Below, piece after piece: positions 51,261-60,135 of a stretch of 64,000 nt of DNA (positions are counted from its first letter, which is position 1; the number at the start of each line of letters is the position of its first letter). This stretch comes from Macrostomum lignano (lineage: Eukaryota). The DNA lies in the NCBI GenBank assembly GCA_002269645.1, contig NIVC01002490.1, forward strand, positions 1-64,000, written 5' to 3'. A program made the position numbers and the translations under genes. Below the pieces are notes generated by a model that saw nothing but the letters and a program-made list of their open reading frames with translations, did not search any database and was not told the DNA's origin.

Positions 51261-51794
51261 TGATAAAATCTCTAACATCTCTCATACCTAAGCAACTAAA
51301 AGCCTGCAGTTAAAGGACTGCAGTTAAAAAATCGAAGTAAAGACACAAAACTACTCGTGCTCAATCGTAAACAACCAAGAGGTCGAGTATTATTATTAAT
51401 TACATCCATAAAGCAGTACGATTATTACTGAGCAGTACTGTAACAACATATATGCAATAACTGAAAGACAAGCATTAGGCAGTTTAATAGCAAATAGAGC
51501 ACATTTGAGTACTGTAGAAGCTTATTACAAGACTGAACATATGGCTCTACAAAAAAGCACAATCTAACGACAACAAATAAGCATTCAGAAGCAGATAATT
51601 TTTCTTTTCAAATCCATAACGCCAGAGCTAACTATTGGTGGCAATGAAGTTTAAATTGACTTAATACTTCAAAAAGGATGGTTATACATGTAAATACCTT
51701 GCCGACTAGACAAACATAACAAGCCGCACTTTGTACTGCTGATCAATGGTGTGCAATGCAGAAAGAGCCGGACAGGAAGTGCTTTATCGACTTT

Positions 51795-51845
51795 GTCTGT
51801 CTGTCTGTGTGTCTGTCTGTCTGCCTGTCTGTCTGTGTGTCTGCC

Positions 51846-51886
<41 letters not shown>

Positions 51887-51889
51887 GCC

Positions 51890-51936
<47 letters not shown>

Positions 51937-52009
51937 GTGTCTGCCTGCCTGTCTGTCTGTCTGTCTGCCTGTCTGTCTGTGTGTCTGTCTGTCTGTGTCT
52001 GTCTGTCTG

Positions 52010-52082
<73 letters not shown>

Positions 52083-52090
52083 GTGTCTGC
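51795..52090. repeat. (GTCT)n microsatellite directly after the LST8 stop
   Basis: Read directly. Confidence 0.95.
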
Positions 52091-53993
52091 TCAGTCATCA
52101 GCATAGCTGTCATCAACAAAGGCCAGGCAGGTCATGGGCTTGGCTGAGGTGCTGCCGTGCCCGGCAGACTTAGTGGAGCCGCGGTACTCCCGCCTGGGCT
52201 TGGCGCCGTCGTCAATGGAGTAGAGCCGGGCGCAGCCGTCGGAGGACACGGTGACAACGAACTCGGAGTCGGCCGAGAAGGCGCAATCCCAAACCCATTT
52301 GTCGGCTCCCGATAGTTCAACCTTAAGCGGGTCGGGCAGCGGTCATTGGTTGGGTCTGCCTGCGGTAGGCCTAACTCAATTTTTGCTTTTCTAAGCTTTA
52401 AATCTGCATAGCGGAGAGTGCTGTGGTGCCGCTGTGGGACAGGGAATTGCTTCTGTGGGATTCTATCCCATTAGCTACTGGCTTATATGGCTTTTCATAC
52501 AGTGCGGCGGCTATCGGAGGGACTGGTATTAATGGGGAGTAATAGAAAGAGGAGAGAATAAAAATAAGGAAAGAGAAGGGGAGATAAAAGAAATTGGAGA
52601 GAGTGGGAGAAATGAAGAGGGAATTCTCTCCCCCCTCTCGAGAGAGGGAGCGAGAGGGGGGAGAGAGGGAGCAAGAGGGGGGAGAGAGGGAGGAGAGGGA
52701 GAGGGGGTTGGAGAGGAAGAAGAGACGAGGAGGAGAAATGGAGAGGGAGAAAGAGGGAATAGAGAGAGGGAGGAGTGGGAGAGGGGGGAGAGTGGGAGGG
52801 AGAGATGGAGAGGGAGAGAGAGGGGGAGAAGGAGAGAAGGAGAGTGAAAGAGACGGGGGAGAGTGGGAGGGGAGAGAGGGAGAGATGGAGAGGGAGAGAG
52901 AGGGAGAGGGAGAGACGGGAGGGAGAGATGGAGATAGAGGGAGGGACTCTGGAGAGAGAGGAGGGCAAGTGTCTCGGGTAAAGAAAAGGTAAAAGGTAAG
53001 AAACCGAAGCCCAGCAAGACCCAACAGAGAAGAAAGGGAGAAGGGAGAAGGGAGAAGAGAAGAAGGGGAGAGAGCTCAACTCAAGCGCACCTGTTTCTGA
53101 TAGTCGGACGTTTTCCAAACGTTGCACAGGCGGTCGGAGCCGCAGGTGGCCAGCAGGGTGCTGTCAGGTGAGAAGGCGCACCTCAGGCCGTAGCCAGAGT
53201 GGGCAGCGATCCGAGCCTTGGGGACGGCCTGGCTGCCCGACACGTTGGTGACGGCGCTGGCCAGCGACCACATGAAGCAGCTGCCGGTGTTGGCCAGAGC
53301 GGCCAGGTGCGTGCCGGCCTGATTGACAGCCACGGACTGAATCCGGGCGTCGAGGTCGGGCACCAGCGAGCAGCTCTGGTTGCTGCGCAGATCCCAGATG
53401 TGCACCGCGCCGGTGGCGTCGCCGACAAATAACTCGATTTGATTGGGGTGCAGGCACACCGACGTGATGGGGCCGTTCACCTGCCCAGGTGAAAGTGCGA
53501 TAGCAGACTAATATCAACACTAAAGCGAACACTGAGGGAACGGGCCAACAGACAGACTAGTTCAGACAGTCATGGACACCAAGACAGTCAGTAGGGTGCA
53601 CTGAAAGAGAAAGACGGACAAAAAGACACGTATTGACAGACAGGTAGACACACACGCACACGCTAAGATAGACAGACGAACACGTGAAGACAAAGAGACT
53701 AAAGTCTCGGTCTAAAGACACAGACAGACAGACAGACACACAGACAGACAGTCAGACAGACAGACAGACAGACAGACAGACAGGCAGACAGGCAGACAGA
53801 CAGACAGACACAGAGACAGACAGACAGACAGACAGACAGGCAGGCAGGCAGACAGACAGACAGGCAGGCAGACAGGCAGATAGAAAGACAGATAGACAGC
53901 CAGACACACAGACAGTCAGGCAGACAAACAGACAGACACAGACAGTCAGGCAGACACACAGACAGACACAGACAGTCAGGCAGACAAACAGAA

Positions 53994-54038
<45 letters not shown>

Positions 54039-54056
54039 GGCAGACAGACAGACAGG

Positions 54057-54106
<50 letters not shown>

Positions 54107-54537
54107 GCGGGCAGACATAGTGAATAAGACAGCATTAGCAGTGATGATTTGCACGCCAACCCCACCTGGAACAGTCTGCTGCAGGGGTTGCCGCCCTGCC
54201 CGCCCCTGGCGTGTCGCAAGTCCCACACCCGGCAGACGCAGTCCTCGCCGCCGCTGTACATCCACTTGCCGTGGCCGTCGAAGCCAACAGCCGTGATGTT
54301 CTTCTGCATGTCGAAGGACAGCGAAGGCGAGGTGACCAACGTGTCGCCGATGTCGTACAGGCGGATGTGCTCGTAGCCGGCGGCTGCCAAGGTGCGCCTG
54401 TCTGGGGAAATGCTGAGCGCATTCACCTGGGAGCCGGCGTGCTCAAGCTGCCGGATAAGCTGAGCACTGTAGGCCTGCCACAGCTTGATCACATTCTCGT
54501 AGCCGGCCGTGGCCAAAATGATCGGCTCCTCAAACAT
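52091..54537 (-). CDS. MLST8: Target of rapamycin complex subunit LST8 (WD40), 3 coding exons, 330 aa
   Basis: Exons 54537-54166, 53480-53091 and 52321-52091. Motifs [57 protein letters not shown] and [11 protein letters not shown]...VT.SSD..ARL align with human mLST8. Acceptor CCCCAG|CTA-ATG lies 3 nt upstream. Confidence 0.94.
52530..53075. repeat. Polypurine (GA/GGA-rich) low-complexity tract (LST8 intron 2)
   Basis: Almost entirely A/G on the plus strand. Confidence 0.9.
53715..54115. repeat. (CAGA)n microsatellite (LST8 intron 1)
   Basis: Read directly. Confidence 0.95.
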
Positions 54538-54589
54538 TAGCTGGGGCTGCAGGCAGGAACGGTACATTGGGATGTTATTGTCAGCTCAC

Positions 54590-57085
54590 AATCAATCCCA
54601 TTGTTTTCTAGCTGCCCTAAATCAAATCCATTGTGTTCTAGCTGCCCTAAATCATTTCCATTGTGTTTTAGCTACCCTAAATCAAATCCATTGTGTTCTA
54701 GCTGCCCTAAATCATTTCCATTGTGTTCTAGCTGCCCTAAATCAAATCCATTGTGGTCTAGCTGCCCTAAATCATTTCCATTGTGTTCTAGCTGCCCTAA
54801 ATCAAATCCATTGTTGTCTAGCTGCCCTAAATCATTTCCATTGTGTTTTAGCTACCCTAAATCATTTCCATTGTGTTCTAGCTAACCTAAATCATTTCCA
54901 TTGTGTTCTAGCTAACCTAAATCATTTCCATTGTGTTCTAGCTAACCTAAATCATATCCATTGTGTTCTAGCTAACCTAACTCATATCCATTGTGTTCTA
55001 GCTAACCTAAATCATTTCCATTGTGTTCTAGCTAACCTAAATCATATCCATTGTGTTCTAGCTAACCTAAATCATATCCATTGTGTTCTAGCTACCCTAA
55101 ATCATTTCCATTGTGTTCTAGCTGCCCTAAATCATATCCATTGTGTTCTAGCTAACCTAAATCATTTCCATTGTGTTCTAGCTGCCCTAAATCAAATCCA
55201 TTGTGTTCTAGCTAACCTAAATCATATCCATTGTGTTCTAGCTGCCCTAAATCAAATCCATTGTGTTCTAGCTAACCTAAATCAAATCCATTGTGTTTTA
55301 GCTACCCTAAATCAAATCCATTGTGTTCTAGCTGCCCTAAATCAAATCCATTGTGTTCTAGCTGCCCTAAATCATATCCATTGTGTTCTAGCTGCCCTAA
55401 ATCATTTCCATTGTGTTTTAGCTACCCTAAATCATTTCAATTGTGTTCTAGCTACCCTAAATCATTTCCATTGTGTTCTAGCTAACCTAAATCATTTCCA
55501 TTGTGTTCTAGCTACCCTAAATCATTTCCATTGTGTTCTAGCTGCCCTAAATCAAATCCATTGTGTTCTAGCTGCCCTAAATCATTTCCATTGTGTTCTA
55601 GCTGCCCTAAATCATATCCATTGTGTTCTAGCTAACCTAAATCATTTCCATTGTGTTCTAGCTAACCTAAATCATTTCCATTGTGTTCTAGCTAACCTAA
55701 ATCAAATCCATTGTGTTCTAGCTGCCCTAAATCAAATCCATTGTGTTCTAGCTAACCTAAATCATATCCATTGTGTTCTAGCTAACCTAAATCATATCCA
55801 TTGTGTTCTAGCTGCCCTAAATCAAATCCATTGTGTTTTAGCTAACCTAAATCATATCCATTGTGTTCTAGCTGCCCTAAATTAAATCCATTGTGTTCTA
55901 GCTAACCTAAATAATTTCCATTGTGTTCTAGCTAACCTAAACCATATCCATTGTGTTCTAGCTAACCTAAATCATATCCATTGTGTTCTAGCTAACCTAA
56001 ATCATATTCATTGTGTTCTAGCTGCCCTAAATCAAATCCATTGTGTTCTAGCTAACCTAAATCATATCCATTGTGTTCTAGCTGCCCTAAATCATATCCA
56101 TTGTGTTCTAGCTGCCCTAAATCAAATCCATTGTGTTCTAGCTGCCCTAAATCAAATCCATTGTGTTCTAGCTAACCTAAATCATATCCATTGTGTTCTT
56201 GCTGCCCTAAATCAAATCCATTGTGTTCTAGCTGCCCTAAATCAAATCCATTGTGTTCTAGCTAACCTAAATCATATCCATTGTGTTCTTGCTGCCCTAA
56301 ATCATATCCATTGTGTTCTAGCTAACCTAAATCATTTCCATTGTGTTTTGGCTACCCTAAATCATTTCCATTGTGCTTTAGCTACCCTAAATCATATCCA
56401 TTGTGTTCTAGCTAACCTAAATCATATCCATTGTGTTCTAGCTAACCTAAATCATTTCCATTGTGTTCTAGCTAACCTAAATCAAAATCATTGTTTTCTA
56501 GCCACCCTAAATCAATGGTTTAGCCACCCTAAAACATCTCTTTTGCATTCTAGCCACCTTAAATTATTCTCATTGTGTTGTAGCCACCCTAAATTATCTC
56601 CATTGTAATTTGCCTACCCTAAATCATCCCCACTGTGATCTAGCTACCCTAAATCATCCCCACTGTAATCTAGCTACCCTAAATCATCCCCACTGTGATC
56701 TAGCTACCCTAAATCATCCTCACTGTGATCTAGCTACCCTAAATCATCCCCACTGTAATCTAGCTACCCTAAATCATCCTCACTGTAATCTAGCTACCCT
56801 AAATCATCCCCACTGTAATCTAGCTACCCTAAATCATCCCCACTGTGATCTAGCTACCCTAAATCATCCTCACTGTAATCTAGCTACCCTAAATCATCCT
56901 CACTGTAATCTAGCTACCCTAAATCATCCCCACTGTAATCTAGCTACCCTAAATCATCCCCACTGTAATCTAGCTACCCTAAATCATCCCCAATGTAATC
57001 TAGCTACCCTAAATCATCCCCACTGTGATCTAGCTACCCTAAATCATCCCCACTGTAATCTAGTTACCCTAAATCATTGTGTTGT
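54590..57085. repeat. Minisatellite, 30-bp unit TTGTGTTCTAGCT(G/A)(C/A)CCTAAATCAWWTCCA, changing at ~56600 to CACTGT(A/G)ATCTAGCTACCCTAAATCATCCC (~83 copies in total)
   Basis: Tandem unit read directly; it explains the spurious ORF 54509..55885. Confidence 0.98.
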
Positions 57086-57421
57086 AGCATCTTAATTACT
57101 GGATAGAATTTTTAACCAAAGTCAATAAGCGACAATGTGAAGACACAGAGCGAATACGATAGCAATAGCAATGCTGATTTGCATTGAAAATACTGAAAAG
57201 TACAAATTACTATTAACAAATAATAAAAATTCACCACTTGTCCATCGAAAAGGATTGTATACGTAGTATTTACTTGAAGTATTATTAGCAAAGTGGTATT
57301 TAAAATGCGTATGTATGTACATATCCAACTCAAATATACATGCGATGTACAAGAGCGCAAATATTATTATGCGCGTCAACAGCCAGCGTGCAACTTGCAA
57401 TTCTAATTAATGGTTCAATAA

Positions 57422-58155
57422 AAGCGCGCAGTTGATCTAGATGTCACTCACTAAGCGCGCAGTTGAGATCTAGATGTCACTCACTAAGCGCGCAGTTGAG
57501 ATCTAGATGTCAATCAAAGAGCGCGCAGTTGAGATCTAGATGTCAATCAAAGAGCGCGCAGTTGAGATCTAGATGTCAATCAAAGAGCGCACAGTTGAGA
57601 TCTAGATGTCACTCAATAAGCGCGCAGTTGAGATCTAGATGTCACTCAATAAGCGCGCAGTTGAGATCTAGATGTCACTCACTAAGCGCGCAGTTGAGAT
57701 CTAGATGTCAATCAAAGAGCGCACAGTTGAGATCTAGATGTCACTCAATAAGCGCGCAGTTGAGATCTAGATGTCAATCAAAGAGCGCGCAGTTGAGATC
57801 TAGATGTCACTCAATAAGCGCGCAGTTGAGATCTAGATGTCAATCAAAGAGCGCACAGTTGAGATCTAGATGTCACTCACTAAGCGCGCAGTTGAGATCT
57901 AGATGTCAATCAAAGAGCGCACAGTTGAGATCTAGATGTCAGTCAAAGAGCGCACAGTTGAGATCTAGATGTCACTCAATAAGCGCGCAGTTGAGATCTA
58001 GATGTCAATCAAAGAGCGCACAGTTGAGATCTAGATGTCAATCAAAGAGCGCACAGTTGAGATCTAGATGTCAATCAAAGAGCGCACAGTTGAGATCTAG
58101 ATGTCAATCAAAGAGCGCACAGTTGAGATCTAGATGTCACTCACTAAGTGCGCAG
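57422..58155. repeat. Minisatellite, 33-bp unit AGCGCGCAGTTGAGATCTAGATGTCAATCAAAG (~22 copies)
   Basis: Tandem unit read directly. Confidence 0.97.
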
Positions 58156-58330
58156 ATAATTATAGACTGAATGGGATAAGCACATAGTAAGTTTTACAGA
58201 TTCCTGTATCGACATGTTGGAAATTGATGTAGCCAGTTCCTCGCTAGCAAATAACCCAACTTTCTTGATAAAAAATATATCGATAGTTAGCATTACTTCC
58301 GTATTCTAAATCGAAAATAACGCGCTAGAA

Positions 58331-58699
58331 TTAATTGCCACCAATCAGTGACTCAACATTGGTGTAACGCCACTCGTCATCAACCAAGTCTCTGGCTAAT
58401 TGGCGCATCTCTCTGAGCCGGGACTCGTGCAGATCCCTGGCCAGTTGGGCGAGGCCCGTGTTCACCTCCTGGCACACCTGCAGGCGGGCGTCAACAGCGC
58501 GGCTGCTGTGCAGATCCGCCGCTGCAGCCGACGCTCCCGCAGATGAGCTGCCATCGATGGACCGCCTGAACAGCGGGCCGCAGAGGTCGTCCAGACCTAC
58601 AAAAGATGAACTGGCGGCTGCGGCTGCTGCTGCTGCTGCTGCGGCGCTTCCGCTGATGCGAATGCGAGGAGCCGCTGTGACCGAGGACGGCATCGACAT
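58331..58699 (-). CDS. ANAPC16: Anaphase-promoting complex subunit 16-like, single exon, 122 aa
   Basis: The C-terminus DLHESRLREMRQLARDLVDDEWRYTNVESLIG resembles my recollection of human APC16 ([33 protein letters not shown]). The Ser/Ala-rich low-complexity N-terminus and the size also fit. Codons are GC-rich. Confidence 0.72.
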   Translation of the reverse strand: MSMPSSVTAAPRIRISGSAAAAAAAAAAASSSFVGLDDLCGPLFRRSIDGSSSAGASAAAADLHSSRAVDARLQVCQEVNTGLAQLARDLHESRLREMRQLARDLVDDEWRYTNVESLIGGN

Positions 58700-58829
58700 G
58701 ACGGATGGGGAGCCGAGATTTGTTTAGTATGGAGCGCTACCAACTGGCATGCATTCGGTTCAGTTCGGGCTTCAGTGGGTGGTTACCGAGTAATGAGAGA
58801 AACCAGTCTCAGTGACTGCATGATGGCTG

Positions 58830-59040
58830 GCAGCTTAACCTGAAGGACTGGGGGCATGGCAGCTAAACCTGAAGGACTGGGGGGCATTGCAGCTCAACCT
58901 GAAGGACTGGGGGGCATTGCAGCTCAACCTGAAGGACTGGGGGGCATTGCAGCTCAACCTAAAAGACTGAGGGAGGGCATGGCAGCTTAACTTGAAAGGC
59001 TAGGGAGCATAGAAGATCAACCTGAAAGACTAAGGGACAT
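58830..59040. repeat. Short minisatellite, 30-bp unit GCAGCTCAACCTGAAGGACTGGGGGGCATT (~6 copies, decaying)
   Basis: Read directly. Confidence 0.85.
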
Positions 59041-59172
59041 ACTACCTCAACTTCTATCCCCATATTAAATAACAAACATTAAAACTATGTCTTCATATAT
59101 ACTAAATGCATACTCATAATATACTAAATTTTGAATGATTTAGCAGGAAAATTTGTACATAATCATGCTTGG

Positions 59173-59328
59173 GCGCAACCTTGGGATTCACCCGGCCGTT
59201 TCTATTGGCAACACACGCATGTAAGTCGCTATTGGCTGAGAGCAGTCACGTGACTACTGTTCTGTCCAATAGCGACTTACATGCGTGTGTTGCCAATAGA
59301 AACGGCCGAGTGAATCCCAAAGTTGCGC
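59173..59328. mobile_element. Palindromic foldback element (63-bp arms, 30-bp spacer), MITE-like
   Basis: 59173-59235 is the reverse complement of 59266-59328 with 2 mismatches. The spacer contains the palindrome AGTCACGTGACT (59244-59255). No clear TSD. Confidence 0.7.
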
Positions 59329-59957
59329 ATGTATGTACATAATACCAATGCTAGGACAATAATTAAACAACAATATAATTGATGATGTTAATATATAACT
59401 TAACTATTGAGACATACACTTTCCTTATTGTTAGATAACTTTATTTATTTTTAATAGTAATTACTTTGATTTTAATACTATTTATGCTTGAATAAATAAT
59501 TGCATTTATTCTAACTCTTTTAACAAGTATACTTTTTAATTTATACAATATATTCCATTTTTATAACAACCTTTTGGCAACACTATGCAAATAAAAACTA
59601 GGTGCTATTGTTAAAAATGTAATGAACTTGCTTTGTTTATTGACAAATATAGCTTGTATTGATTCATTGCCATTTTTGTTTTGTGTACCTTGGACAAAAT
59701 TGCCTAGAGATAAGACAAATATTTAGAATATTTGGAATTTCAAATTAAACAAATTTTCATTTCAAATCAGAATTCAAAAAATAATAATCAGAATATCAAA
59801 TATTTGCCAATATGAGCATATGAGCATGTAGAACAAAGATTTAAGATAATTCAAGAATAAAAATATTGATGTTGTAGCTTAAAATTTAGAGAAAGAATTA
59901 GGGATCATTGTGCTCTGAGAAAAGGTAGAGAGATTAGAGATGTAACAATTGAGTACA

Positions 59958-60135
59958 TTAAGTTAAAGTTGAGAAGGCTTTAGGAGGAATGGAGGACTAA
60001 GACATTGAAGCTTAAAGAATTATGTTAGAGGTTATAGGCGAATTATGTTAGAGGTTAAGTTAAAGTTGAGAAGGCTTTAGGAGGAATGGAGGACTAAGAC
60101 ATTGAAGCTTAAAGAATTATGTTAGAGGTTATAGG
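59958..60135. repeat. Two-copy tandem duplication, period ~97 bp
   Basis: AGTTAAAGTTGAGAAGGCTTTAGGAGGAATGGAGG...GAGGTTATAGGC starts at 59961 and again at 60058. Confidence 0.85.

Noticed and set aside
23464-57095. Long repetitive ORFs (e.g. 27006..28583, 33364..34569, 33467..34564, 35961..36721, 48819..49817, 54509..55885)
   Set aside because: They are translations of stop-free minisatellites lying in introns or spacers, with no splice or codon support. The SD-rich 48826..49449 frame only mimics dentin phosphoprotein.
16058-58155. CRISPR-like appearance of regular repeats
   Set aside because: Units are directly adjacent with no unique spacers, the context is eukaryotic, and there are no cas genes.
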